The translations under genes were made by a program, and so were the position numbers. A model generated the notes under the pieces. The model was not told the origin of the DNA. It saw nothing but the letters and a program-made list of their open reading frames with translations, and ran no database searches. From the NCBI RefSeq assembly GCF_028368995.1, contig NZ_JAQNDL010000001.1, forward strand, positions 1,184,001-1,248,000: a stretch of DNA of 64,000 nucleotides. Reading direction: 5' to 3'. How positions within the stretch are numbered: position 1 is the stretch's first letter; every line of letters begins with the position of its first letter. This DNA comes from Nannocystis bainbridge. GTDB taxonomy: Bacteria > Myxococcota_A > Polyangia > Nannocystales > Nannocystaceae. This document shows, piece by piece, positions 29,365-41,012 of the stretch.

Positions 29365-32300
29365 TCATGGCCTGTCCTCCACCAGGCCGCCCTCGATCGC
29401 GGCCTTGTCCTCGGGCCTCACGGGCAGGTGCGGCGGCGTGACGCCGATGTCGATCTGTCCCTCGCCGCAGCTCTTGGCGATTTCGGCGGCTGCGGCGGCG
29501 ATCCGCCGCAGCGCCTCGTGGATCCGGCGTACCGCGTCGACGGTCTGGCCTTCCATGAGCTTTCGCCGCGCGGTGTCGTAGTACGCCTTCGCCTGCTCGA
29601 ACGCGATGACGGCCCGCTGCTTGACCTCGCCCTGGCACGGCGGTGCGTCGAGCATCGCCGCTGTCCAGTACAGAAGGAGGCGCACATCGTGGAGCGCCTT
29701 GGGAGCCCGGACGAGGTTGTGGTGAAATGCGCGGACCTTCTGGTACAGCTCGGCGAGGACGCGCTCGCTGCGGCCCTTGTAGTGTATCAACGCGCCAGGT
29801 TTCAGCCGGTCGGTCGGGTCCGAGATGACATAGGTCCCCGAGCGGGCATCACGCGAGCCCCGCGTCACTCGGATGCTCCGGAGTGACGCCTCCTCGCCCA
29901 TCTCCACGCGCTCGAACACGTGGTCGTCCTTGTCGAGCGGCCAGAGCGCCTCGTCGGGCACCAGGAGATTGGTGGGCTCCCCGTCGACCTCCGTCACCGG
30001 ATACGCCTCGAGGATGCTGTCCCAGAGCTCCTGCATCAACCTCGGCACCGGGGTCGACTCGACCCGGGAGCGGGCGACGACCTCGCCGGCCTCCATGAGA
30101 TGGACTGATTCGAGCCACTTCTCGAGCTCCTCGGCGTCGATCCCGGACGGCCCGGCGAGGTCTTGCAGGGCCTCGGCGATCTGCCTGTACCCGTCGGCGC
30201 GCTCGAGATTCTGGCTGTCTGCCCGCGGGGCGCCGAGCGCCTTGCCGCGACGCTCCATCAGCCGGATCAGATCCTGGAGCGGTGACGGGATCTCGATCTT
30301 CTCCTCGTCCGCGTCCTCGTCGCTCTCGCCTGCCTCGCGCACCTCGATCGCGGCCCAGAGGGCACGATCGAGCCGCTCCACGATCGTGTCTTGATCCGCC
30401 GGGGAGAGTCGATCATCCAGCCATCGGACATCGTCCATGTCCTCGGCGATCACGTCGACCGCCGCGACCGCGGCATCCGTGTTGCGTCCCTCCGGGTACA
30501 CGACAAGCACGTGGCCGTTCGGGCGGGGATGAAGCTCGGCCAGGCGCCAGCGTGGCGCCGCGTTGAACGTGTCGAGGACGACGTCGAGTAGCCGAGGCCG
30601 TGACGCATTGTTGAACTTGCTCCGTGCGGCCACCTTCTGGCCGCCTCCGTCTTTGCCCGGTGCAGCCCCCTTGTGGCTTTCAGCCGCCTTCTGGGCTCGT
30701 TTCAAGACCGGCTGGTAGCTCTTACCGCCCGCAATGGCCTTCTCGGCCTGTGTGACGTAGTAGGCGTGTTTTTTTGTCGGGAGGCGCAGTGCCTTGATCG
30801 CGCTGCGGGCCTCCTCGTAGGGACGCGCGGGATCGGGCGTGGTCGGCGGCGGCGGCGTGGTGGGCTCCACGCCGTAATCACCCGTCGGGTCGAAAGCCTG
30901 TCCGGCCTGCAGTGCCTGCTTCTCGCGTTCGTACCGTTGTCGGGCCTCGTCGACAGAGATCCATCTGCCGTCATTGAGCTGGACGAGCTCGGCACCCGTG
31001 GGCGCGTTCGTCGGCGCAGGCGCCTGCGCGTCTTCCCGCCCGTTCTCGGCGCCCTCCTCCCGTGCGGCGGACAGGAGGGTCTGCGGGATCTTGCGGGCCC
31101 ACCAGAGCTCGCCGGCCTTCCGCAGCTCGGTGAACTTCTCCTCGCTCGCGGGGGCGAACGCGAGGAATTGCTGCCACCCGGCAAAGGTCGGCGGGACGAG
31201 GATGCCCTCGCGGATCCGCGGACCCGCGAGCAGGCGCAGCACACCATCGACGAGGACAGGCACGGTCTCCGGCTTGTCGGCGACGGCCAGGCCGTCGCGG
31301 ACCTTGCCCTCGGCACGCGGCCACCAGCGCTCGAGCCAGGCGTCGCTCGCGGAGGTCCAGCCGAGGTCGCGCCACTGCGGGCGCTTGAACCAGTTCTGGA
31401 GCGCGTCGTCCAGGGTCGCCGCCGTGCGCGTCTCGTCCTCGCTGTCCCAGGGGACAGGTCCGCCGGGCAGGTGCTCGGGGCGGATCGCCAGGCTGATGAC
31501 GGTACCGAGGTTCTGGCACACCCAGCGCGCCGAGCCGGCCTGCCGTACACCGATGCAAGGCGGGCCGTCGCTGGCGATGAGGCGCCCGAACTCGAGGTAC
31601 TCAATGGCGTCGGGGTTGAGCTTGCTCGGCCGGGCCACGCGCAGGCCCTCGTGGACCGGTGCATCACCATCGGACGGCACCAGGTACTCGACGTGCTCGA
31701 CTGCGTCGATCCAGCGGGCCCACGGCCAGACCTCGGACTCGTACTTGCGGAGCTGTCGCAGGCGCGCGTGGCCCTCGGCGCGGAGTTGGGCGCCACGCTC
31801 GGGGTCCGCGGAGGCGCGCGCGTCGCGGAAGCGGGCGTTCGCCTGGTTCATGAGCCGGGCAGCCTCGCGGGCAACCCGCAGGCGGTCCTCTTCACGCGCT
31901 TTCGCCTTCGCCGCCTCGACGCTCTTCGCCGTCTCCTCGGGGTTGCGCGAGATCATGACGAGCAGATCGTCGGAGGAGAGCTGCTGCTGGGCGGCGGGGT
32001 TGTTGGTGTCGCGTCGCCCGCTCTCGAGGATCGCACCGAGCCAGTTGGCCTTGCCGTCGATGAGGCCGAAGCGGTAGCCGTCCATCGATTGCTTGCTCAG
32101 GTAGTAGATGATCTCGAGCGTGTCGAGGCGGTTGCCCTGGCGATACGCACGACCGTTGCGCTGCTCGAGATCCGAGGGCGTCCACGGCAAGTCGAGGTGG
32201 TGAATGATGCAGGTACGGACCTGGAGGTCGACGCCCTCGTAGGCGACCGAGTTGGCGATGACGACGTCGTACTTCGGCGAGAGCTCGGCCGCGACGCCGC

Positions 32301-35300
32301 CACGGAGCACGCAGCCCTCGTCCGTCTGTGGCGGCTCAGGCGGCAGGCCGTTGAACTCACGGGCGATGCGCACGCGATCGGCCGGCTTGGCGGTCTCAGC
32401 GTTGAGCACCGCGATCCGCTCGCGCGGGACCCCCTGCTCGACCAGCACCTCGAGCATCCAGGCGTGGACGGCCGTCGGTTCGCAAAACACGATGTGTCCG
32501 CAACTTCGCTGGGCGGCGATCCGCTGGGCGCACGCGACGAGCTTGGGCGCGCGGAAGTCGGGCGCCGGCAGCGTGCGCGTGCGGGTCTTCTTGACCTCGT
32601 TGCCGTCCTCGTCCTCGGACGAGAGGATCTCGATCGACTCGCCGCCGGTCAGGGCGTTCTTCCACTTGTAGCCCTCGTCGAGCTGGCTGTGCAGCGCGAC
32701 CACGCTGAGGCGCGCGAGCAGGCCGAGGATCTGGCCGCCGGCGAACTCCTTGCGCTGCTTGAGCGCGGCCTCGATCTCGCTGACGAAGCGGTCGTACTTC
32801 GCGGCCTGGCGCGCATCCATGTCGACCTCGACGAGCTGAACCCGCGCGGTCGGTAGCTTAAGGCCGACGTCCTTCGCGGTGCGGAACTCGCCGTAGGTGA
32901 GGATGATGTTGCGCAGCTCGTCCAGGTTCTTGAAGCCCGTCACCGCCGAGCGCTTGGTTGTCTTGAGGTCGACGCCCAGGACGTCGCGCATCTCGATCTG
33001 CAGGTAGCGATCGATGAACTGCTCGGGGTCCGAAAGGCGCGACGAGAACGCCCTCGGGTCGATCATCTGGATCAGGTTGTAGAACTCGAGCGGCGAGTTC
33101 TTCGCGGGGGTCGCGGTCAGGAGCATGATGCCGGCCCCACCGGTATTGCGGCGGACGACGGCGGCGCGGAAGTCGAGCTGCCATGCGCGTCGGCTGCCCT
33201 CGCCGGAGCCGCCCATGAACTTCGGGACCCCCGCCTCGCGCTCCTCCGGCATGTACAGGTTCTTGAAAGCCGCGGCCTCGTCCACCATGAGCATGTCGAT
33301 CCCGAGGTCGTCCCACGCGACACCGGGGTCGAACTTGTGGCCCTCGGGGAGCTCGAGGTGCTCTTGCACGAAGGCGCGGACGCCGTGTTTGAGGATCGCC
33401 TGCTGGCGCTCGCTGATCGCCACGCCGCGCTCGAGCTTGTCGCGGGCGTTGCGCTGGCGAATGGCGATCTCGCGGCGGATGCCCTCGACCTGGCGAGCGT
33501 ACTCCACCACGGCGTCCTCGTTCATTTTCGTGCGGCTGAGCGCGTCGAAGCTGAGGATGACGACGTCAGCCTGGCCTGCCTGGAATGCCTGCCACTTCTG
33601 CGCCCGATCCTCGGGGCTGTCGGTCTCCGAGGTGAGGACGTCCTTGCGCTTGCCGCGGGTGCCGCGCCTGCGGATGCTCCCGACCACCAGGACCTTGTAG
33701 CCCGGTAGGCAGCAACGGAAATCGTCGTACCACTTCCACACGAGGGAGCTCGGCACGAGCACCACCGGCCGGCGGACCCAGCCCTCCTGACGCGCTCGCG
33801 CGAGGACGGCGATACCCGTATAGGTCTTGCCGACGCCGACGTCGAACGCGAGCATGCCCCGCCGCAGCGCGAGGAGACGCCGGGCTCCGGCTACCTGATG
33901 TGGCTTCAGGGTCGGGCCATTGTCGCCCAGCGGGCGATGGAGAGCGGATCGCCGCTGAACTGCGGGGTGATGATGCCCTTGAATTCGCGGTTGTACGCGT
34001 CGGCGATCCGCTGGCGTCGCTCCTCGTGGTCGCGCAGCCAGTTGTAGAACGATGAGGCGTACTCCTGAGCCTTCAGCGCGCGGAGCTCGGCCTTCTTGCG
34101 CCGCGCGTCCGCGTCGTCGTCGTCGCCGTCGTCGTCGGGGTCGAAGAGGAACTTGTCGTGGTTGATCCACCCGAGGATCCACACGGTCTCCGCGGTGAGG
34201 CCGGCCAGGTCGTCGGTGGTGTTGTAGGCATGGCCCTGCACGCGGACCAGGCCGGCGACCCGCTCGAGCGCGACCGGACCGAGTTCGCGGTTGTACGTGG
34301 CGCTGAGCCATGCGGAGACGAGGTCGAGCGGGACCCACCGCTGCGACGGCGTGATGTCGCTGATGTCCTCGAAGACAGCCGGACCGATCGCCTCGAGCAG
34401 TCGGCGAGCCTGAAGCGCGGCCTGGGGATCGTCGGTCTTCGCGCGAGCGCGGTCGTACTTCGGCCACAGCTCGCCGGTGACGTAGACGTCGAGCGGGACG
34501 ACCTCGTTGTCGTGGTCGAGGTTCCAGTCCGCGGCGAGCAGGCGCGCGAGGATGGCGTCGCGGTCCTGGGCGCCGCCGACCTGGCGGTGGAACTCTACGA
34601 GCGCGGGGAGGAGCAGATGACCGCGCTGGCGGAACAGGAACTCGGCCTGAGCGAGGACGTCGTCCGGCAAGCCGGTGTAGCGCCGCGTCACCTTCGGCGG
34701 CTCCGCGATCGCCGGGGCGAGCTCGCCGGTCGGCGTGAAGGCGTTGAGGAACTGCTGCGCGCCGGTGCTGCGCTCGGCGTGGCGCCGCAGCGGCAGGTAG
34801 CGCCACGGCCCGCCCGCTTGCTGGATCTCGGCGCGCTTCGTGAAGTCGACGAGCGCCGCGCGGAGCTCGACCCACATGCCCTCGGCCCTGTCGGCGTCGT
34901 TGGCCGCGACCGCGGCGAGGTAGCGATCGATGCGCAGGCCGAGGTCCACGGCCGCGCGTAGGGGCTCGGCCAGGTCGCTGGTCTGCTCCTCCGTCGCACG
35001 GATGCCTGACTCGTAGTGGATCGGCTCCTCCGCCGCGATCGCTCCCAAGGCACAGGAGGCGCACATGGGCCGCTCCTCGAACGCGGGGATGCTCTTGAAC
35101 TCGCCAACGACCTTGTATCGCCACGGTCGCTTGGAGCTGACCGCCTCGTCGCCGAGCTCGGGGCCCTCGAGCTCGCCGGCGGGCTTGCCGAGGAGGTGCG
35201 TCGGGAAGTGCTCGTAGTACTGGCCGTCGAGGATGAATCGATCGTCCTCGTCGATCTCGGTGAGCTGGCCGCCGCGGGCGCGGAAGAACAGCACGTCGAC

Positions 35301-36296
35301 GACGACGGATGCGCCGGGGAAGACCTCGCGATTGTTTGGCGTGTGGCTTGGCAGGCGGAACGCGGCGGCAAGGTGGTGGCGCGCGAGGAGCTTGGCGCGG
35401 AGGTCGCGGTTGCGCTCGCCGGTGAGAAAGCCGCCCGGGACGATGAAGACGCCCAGGCCGCCGGGCACGAGCATGTCGAGCGCGCGGCGCATAAAGTAGG
35501 CGTAGGCGACGCGCTCGCGGTAGAGCGGGCTGGGATCGTCGAGGGCGAACGCGCCGCGCTCACCATAGGGCGGGTTGCTCAGGATGACGTGGAACCGCCC
35601 GGCGTACTCGCTGCCGTGCTCGCGGACGAACCGCTCGAATGGCATGTGGTGGTGCCGGACGTCGGGGCGCAGCGCGGTGAGCAGGCGCGACGTGGTCTTC
35701 GACAGCTCGACCGTCACCCACTCGATGCCCCGCACAGGGCCAGCGGGGTCGATACAATTCGGCCGGCCCATGGCGCGGAGGAAGCGGCCGATGCCGGCCG
35801 AGGGCTCGAGGATCCGCACGACGCCGTCGTGACCGGCGAGCTCGGGCAGCAGCGGGCAGACGTGCTCCGCGATCGCGTCGGCGATGGCGAGCGGGGTGAA
35901 ATAGGCGTGGATCAGCTCGAAGTCGTCGGGCTCCAGGCCCGCGGGGAGCTGGTCCTTCACTTCCTCGAGCGAGAGGCCGCCCCAGGACGAGTACGCGAGG
36001 AGCTGGCGCCGCTCACCGGGCGTGAGGTCCTCGGGCTTCTTGCTGGCGATGATGCGGAGCGCGGCGAGGTTGGCCTTGGTGCGCTGGCTCTTCGTCCACA
36101 GCTCGGGCGGATCGTCGGCGTCTTGGGTCTGCTCGGCCGTGCGAGCGCGGCGAACGGCGAGCGCGGCGTCCAGCATCTCGATGAGACCGGCGCGCTCCTC
36201 GGCGAGGAATTGATCGAAGACCCGCTGAGGGATCCGCGAGGCCATGTTCGCGCGCCACGCTGGCTCGATGAGCGCGAAGAGTTGCGCGCCGTTCAT
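29365..36296 (-). pseudogene. DarB-like N6-adenine methyltransferase / SNF2 helicase fusion split by one frameshift at ~33926-33928
   Basis: ORF 33906-36296: ILEPSAGIGRF, SNPPYG; downstream frame: LKPHQ, FDVGVGKT, VDEAAAFKN, LTATP, EQRNGRAYRQGN. Confidence 0.88.
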
Positions 36297-36847
36297 GCCT
36301 CGACCTCGCGGCCCACGGTGAGCTCGAGCGCCTCATACTCGCCCGGCTCCAGGGTCGTCGAACCTGCCGTCTCGACGGATTTGGGTTTGCCTGAACCGCT
36401 GCAACCGCAGCCGCCGACCTTGACGCCGCACGTGCCCCCGCACGCTGTGGCCATGCTCGCTAGCGTCGCGTTGAGGCTGGCAACGACCTCGCCGAGTGTC
36501 CGGCGGCCGAACAGGCGGACGGCCTTGTCCTCGCCGCCTCGAGCGAGGAAAGGGCCGTGATTGAGTCGGTCGAGCGACAGCTCACCGATGGCGGTGATGT
36601 CCTGGCGCATCAGGTCGAGCCAGTGGAGCTGGGCGTCGTCGAAGTCGCGCCCGGCGAGCGCCTGGCGGTCGAGCCACCCGTGGAACGCCCTCGCTGCTCG
36701 GCGCTCACGGACGGTCCTGGAGGCGTGGTCGAACGCTTCGCGCAGCGCCGCGCCGTCCTCCGAGAGGAACTGCGCGACGGCCGTCCGCGGGACCTGCGGT
36801 GAGAGGCTGGCCTGCCATCGTGCGAGGGTGTCGTCGAAGTCGACCAT
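36293..36847 (-). CDS. Hypothetical protein with Cys/Gly cluster
   Basis: CGGTCGVKVGGCGC; ATGA overlap with the methylase-helicase gene. Confidence 0.7.
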   Translation of the reverse strand: MVDFDDTLARWQASLSPQVPRTAVAQFLSEDGAALREAFDHASRTVRERRAARAFHGWLDRQALAGRDFDDAQLHWLDLMRQDITAIGELSLDRLNHGPFLARGGEDKAVRLFGRRTLGEVVASLNATLASMATACGGTCGVKVGGCGCSGSGKPKSVETAGSTTLEPGEYEALELTVGREVEA

Positions 36848-36850
36848 GGT

Positions 36851-37678
36851 TCATTCCGCCTGCTTCATGGCCTCGACCATGGCGTCTTTGAACGAGTCGC
36901 GCAGCTCCGTGCGCAGCTCGGGGGTCAGCTCGGAGGGTCCTTCGGCCGGTTTCGTCTCGGCCGGTTTCGTTTCGGTCTCCCCTGCATCATTGGCCTGCTT
37001 CTTCGCCCTCGGCTTGGGGGGCGATCGGCGCGGAGGGTCCTTCTGCGCTGTCGTCTCGGTCGCTCCATTCTCCGTGTCGGCTCGCTTCGTCCTCGGCTTG
37101 CGGGGCGCCTGGGGCGGAGCCTCCTGCGCCGGAGCAGGACAGGCATTGTCGATCATCTCTTGCGTGAGCTTCAGTTCGGGGCGCGCAGGCAGTCCCTCAT
37201 CATGAAGGGCCTGGGCGGCTTTTTTCGCGTCGCCGAGCTTGGCGTGGCACGTGATGTGCTTCATCAAGCCGCGGCCCCAGTAAACGTAGATCGCCCAGCC
37301 GCCGCTGCTCGTCTTCAGCACGTGCAGCTCGGCGCCGCGCGACTTCGCGGCGAAGCCGTCATACCCCGCATCCACGATCGGCGCCCATTCGAGAGACGTG
37401 CCCTTCTTCGCCGGCTCCGGAGGGTGCGCGGGCGCAGGGGTTCCGGCTCTCCCCTTGCGCTCCTGGGCCGGCTTCTGGGCGGCGACCTTCGCTTTCGCGT
37501 TGGCCTCCTTCGCTTCGGTCGCCTGCTTGGGCTTGTCGTCCACCGTGTCCCCCTCGTCCTTGTCCCTCTGCTTGGAGGAGACGGAAAGGTCGCCGTTCGA
37601 CTTCTGGACGATGACACGCTCTTTGCGCTCGCCATTGTAGAGGGTCAATCGGATCGTTTCGACAGTCCACTCACTCAT
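36851..37678 (-). CDS. Hypothetical Lys/Pro/Ala-rich protein
   Basis: In-operon ORF overlapping its upstream neighbour. Confidence 0.7.
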   Translation of the reverse strand: MSEWTVETIRLTLYNGERKERVIVQKSNGDLSVSSKQRDKDEGDTVDDKPKQATEAKEANAKAKVAAQKPAQERKGRAGTPAPAHPPEPAKKGTSLEWAPIVDAGYDGFAAKSRGAELHVLKTSSGGWAIYVYWGRGLMKHITCHAKLGDAKKAAQALHDEGLPARPELKLTQEMIDNACPAPAQEAPPQAPRKPRTKRADTENGATETTAQKDPPRRSPPKPRAKKQANDAGETETKPAETKPAEGPSELTPELRTELRDSFKDAMVEAMKQAE

Positions 37679-39599
37679 ACGAACCTTCCCTTCGCGGGTC
37701 TCGAGATGATTTGCGACGGTGCCGTGCGACGCCGATCACCGCAGCGAGGGACGACAGCACCGCCGCGCCGCCGAGGACGGCGCCCCACTTGTTGGATTTC
37801 GTGTGCAACGTCGCCTCCACGACGTCGAACGGTAGGCCGCCCTGGGGCCGGAGCGGCGGCGGTAGTCGGGCCCCGCTCTCGTTTCCGTCGAGCGGCGGCT
37901 GGGCCTTGCCGGCGAGCTGGCGGCTGACCGCGGCCCGTTGCGCCTGCGTGGTCGGAACTCCGGCCTCCTTGAGCGCGGCGGCGTAGTCACGATCGATCTC
38001 GCGCGCGGTCTCGTAGTCGACGAGGAAGCGCGACGGATGCGTGAGCAGGCGCTTTCGCATCTCCATGCAATGCGTTTGGAGCGCGGTGTTTCGAAACGCA
38101 GCGTAAATCGGCTTGTCGCCGACCGCCTCTGGCCGGACGTAGGCGCAGTCGAGACTCCGAGACAAGCGGCGGCGCTGGAGCTCGGCGACCGCGCGCAGGG
38201 CTGGGATGACGATCGCCTCGTCGGCGCGCCGGTACTGCGCGAGCAAGAGCTCACCCGGAGGCCAAGGGATGCAGGTGTGGCCGCGGGCGCCGGCGTAGCG
38301 CGTCGGCGGGGGTGCGGTGTAGACCCCTGTCTTCGGGTCGCGCGAGAACTTGCGCGGGTAGTCGCCGCTCTGCTCGCTAGCCTTGCCCGCCTGAATGTCG
38401 GTGTACAGGCAGGTGGTCCACGAGCGCGGCGTCGCCAGCGTGCCCTTGGTGAAGGTCTCCTTGGTTACGAGGGGGACGGTGGTGCCGTCCGTGGCCTCGG
38501 CGCGGATGAACCCGCCCGCGTTGGTGCCGAGACGCCACTCACCGCCGACCTCGCGTGCGAGGAACGGGAGGAGCCAGTCACCGTGGCCTTGATCGAAAAC
38601 GGAGGTGTAGAGCTCAGAGAACCAGTCTCGCCAAAGGGTCTCGAGCATGACACAGTCGACTTTGTAGGCGTCGGGTCCGCCAGCAGCGATCTGCTGCCAG
38701 ACGGTCCCCGCGAGCTGTTGGAGCGATGGGAAGAAGTCGCCGGTCTGCGTGAAGTCGCCGTAGAGGTGAATCAGGGTCCCGTCGTTGTAGAACCGCAGGG
38801 CGGCGTGGGCGGGCTGTGGGCGCCCACGGTATTGCAAGATGCCTGCGACACGGAATGTACCAGGGAGGCAGCCGTAGGCGTCCATCCAAGCAACACCCTT
38901 ACCCGAAAAGGGCGCGAGGACCTGGCCGATGGAATTACCATCTTCGTCGACACCATCGGCCAAGGACCACGAACTGGTCTTTGTTGGAGGGCTGAAGAGG
39001 GCATTCCAGTCGGAGAGCCGATTGTCCACATTGAGAAACGTGCGGACAAACGCCTCATCCACTTTTTCATTATACTTGCGCCACGGCAGGATGGCACGCC
39101 TCTCGGACGGGACTGGGTCTCCCTTTAGGAGCCCCTCGAAGAGGGGAGCCAGCATTTTTCCAATCCCCACGACGATTCCGATGATCCAGCCCGCCACGGG
39201 TACAGCGGTCACGGCGTCGAGCGCAAGATCGACCGCCACGCTGGCCAAGGATGTCAAGAGCTCCACGGGATCCGTGGTCAGCGGGAAGGGTATCTCGGCG
39301 AGCACGCCCGAGATTGAGTCAGTCGTCTTGTCGAGCCAAGCTATCTTCGGCCAGACCTCGCTGAGGAGGTCACCAACCTCAGTCGCCTTGGCTTTCCAGT
39401 TGATCTGCATGGCGTGATTCCACGCCTGTGCTCCTGCCCGAGTCAGCAATGCTTGGCCGACTGTCTGAGCCCCGTCGCTCGTCGCCCGCTCAAGGAGCAT
39501 CAGAAAGGCATCATCTGCGTACGCGTCGGCAGCCGGAAACGGGCTGCTAAAGAGGTCTGGAACGCGATCAAAGAGACGATTGTTTGGGTTGATAAGCAC
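37671..39599 (-). CDS. Large protein with internal hydrophobic hairpin and C-terminal TM
   Basis: AVTAVPVAGWIIGIVVGIG; tail WGAVLGGAAVLSSLAAVIGVARHRRK. Confidence 0.8.
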   Translation of the reverse strand: MLINPNNRLFDRVPDLFSSPFPAADAYADDAFLMLLERATSDGAQTVGQALLTRAGAQAWNHAMQINWKAKATEVGDLLSEVWPKIAWLDKTTDSISGVLAEIPFPLTTDPVELLTSLASVAVDLALDAVTAVPVAGWIIGIVVGIGKMLAPLFEGLLKGDPVPSERRAILPWRKYNEKVDEAFVRTFLNVDNRLSDWNALFSPPTKTSSWSLADGVDEDGNSIGQVLAPFSGKGVAWMDAYGCLPGTFRVAGILQYRGRPQPAHAALRFYNDGTLIHLYGDFTQTGDFFPSLQQLAGTVWQQIAAGGPDAYKVDCVMLETLWRDWFSELYTSVFDQGHGDWLLPFLAREVGGEWRLGTNAGGFIRAEATDGTTVPLVTKETFTKGTLATPRSWTTCLYTDIQAGKASEQSGDYPRKFSRDPKTGVYTAPPPTRYAGARGHTCIPWPPGELLLAQYRRADEAIVIPALRAVAELQRRRLSRSLDCAYVRPEAVGDKPIYAAFRNTALQTHCMEMRKRLLTHPSRFLVDYETAREIDRDYAAALKEAGVPTTQAQRAAVSRQLAGKAQPPLDGNESGARLPPPLRPQGGLPFDVVEATLHTKSNKWGAVLGGAAVLSSLAAVIGVARHRRKSSRDPRREGSYE

Positions 39600-39601
39600 T
39601 T

Positions 39602-39955
39602 CTAATTGTACTCCTCTCCTTCACACAACATGTTGGTTGCACAAACCAACGGCGTGGCCAGGGTCTCGGGGCAGGGGTTCTCAGAGTCGCAGGCGATATG
39701 ACAAACACCGACCGCACATGTGTGCTCCCTGCTTTCGATGGGCTGGCAATCATCGGACGTCGCGCAAAGCTCTTCGCAGTAACCGAAGTAGCACGAGAGC
39801 CCCGAGGCGCAGCCGTCCGGCGTGTTGTCTGCTTCGCCGATGACGCAGGGTTCGCCGAATTCGCCGGGCTCGTTCGGGGCGGGGTCCTCCTTGCAGCCGG
39901 GGACGGCGAACAGGGCGAGGAACAGGGCCGAGGTGATGAGGGTCGTGTTGCGCAT
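39602..39955 (-). CDS. Small Cys-rich lipoprotein
   Basis: MRNTTLITSALFLALFAVPGC lipobox-like signal; many Cys in the mature part. Confidence 0.8.
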   Translation of the reverse strand: MRNTTLITSALFLALFAVPGCKEDPAPNEPGEFGEPCVIGEADNTPDGCASGLSCYFGYCEELCATSDDCQPIESREHTCAVGVCHIACDSENPCPETLATPLVCATNMLCEGEEYN

Positions 39956-40004
39956 GGCGGGAGCGTAGGCCAGCGCGGGTCCTCCCGTCGAGCGCGTGGC
40001 GCAC

Positions 40005-41012
40005 TCAGCCAGCACGGGCCACCTCCACCGCGTGGTTGCGCAGGCACGGGTCGGCCGAGATCACGGCGAGCTGCCGGAGCTCGGGAGACAGCGAGCCGAG
40101 GGCTCGCAGCGTCGCTCGCCGCACCGCGAAGAAGCACGCGAAGCGGCGGTTGATGTAGTTGTACGCCGAGGCCGCGAGCCGACCGCGTGTCCCGTCGAGG
40201 CCGGCGAGGGTCAGGCTGCCTTGATGCACGTGCAGGAACCCACCGCGGCGATAGAGCTGGCCAGGCGTCGCGCGGCCGGGCGGGAACGCGGGCAGACGCG
40301 CCACGAGGGGCGCGGTGTGTGTCGTGAAGTGCTCGAAGATCGCGGCGACCTGGCGCGCGTCCTGGCGGAGGTTGCCCTCGGGATCGAGCGCGCGGGCCAT
40401 GAGGCGCATGCCGTCGACCGCTGGGAAGGCCGCGCGCGAGGCCCAGCGCAGGCCGGGGCCAGTACCGTCGAGGCGGGAGTTGTAGACCCAGGGGAAGGTC
40501 CCGAGGTGCAGGACCAGCGGCGTCGTCCACCCGCAGGCGCTCTCGGCTCGCGGGGGAGGCCCCGACCAGCCGTCACCGAAGTAGCCCGGCGCGGTGTCGG
40601 GGTGGAAGGCGCGAAGCATCTGCTCGCCATCGTCGTAACAGGCTCCGGTGGGGAGCGTCGTCGGGTCGACCGAGACGCGCCAGAGGTCGCCGCGCGCGTG
40701 GACGCCGAGCTCGCGCAACACCGCCTCCTGCCCGCGCGCGTGGCTGTCCGAGAGGCCAGGGCGCGTGCGCGGCAGCCAGCGGGCGAAGGCGTCGAGGCCG
40801 GCCTGATTGGTCGCGGCCAGCCGGTCACGAACGGCTCGTAGCGGCGCGAGCGTGCCCTCGAGGTCCTGCGAGAACCCGAGTGTCTCGGCGATCGCCTGCC
40901 ACTCGAGGCGGTACCAGGCGTGAACGTCCATCGGCGAGCGGAGGTCGAAGTCGCCGACCAGGTCGGCGAGCGCCTTGATCCCGCGGCCGTAGCAGTTGAT
41001 GTCCGGTGTCAC
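40005..41012 (-). CDS. Hypothetical protein
   Basis: GTG start overlapping the upstream TGA, with GGAGG upstream. Confidence 0.7.
   Translation of the reverse strand: MTPDINCYGRGIKALADLVGDFDLRSPMDVHAWYRLEWQAIAETLGFSQDLEGTLAPLRAVRDRLAATNQAGLDAFARWLPRTRPGLSDSHARGQEAVLRELGVHARGDLWRVSVDPTTLPTGACYDDGEQMLRAFHPDTAPGYFGDGWSGPPPRAESACGWTTPLVLHLGTFPWVYNSRLDGTGPGLRWASRAAFPAVDGMRLMARALDPEGNLRQDARQVAAIFEHFTTHTAPLVARLPAFPPGRATPGQLYRRGGFLHVHQGSLTLAGLDGTRGRLAASAYNYINRRFACFFAVRRATLRALGSLSPELRQLAVISADPCLRNHAVEVARAG

Noticed and set aside
33930-35124. N-terminal ~400 aa of the listed 1919-aa ORF
   Set aside because: Arg/Pro-rich off-frame translation; the real coding frame here is ORF 33906-36296.
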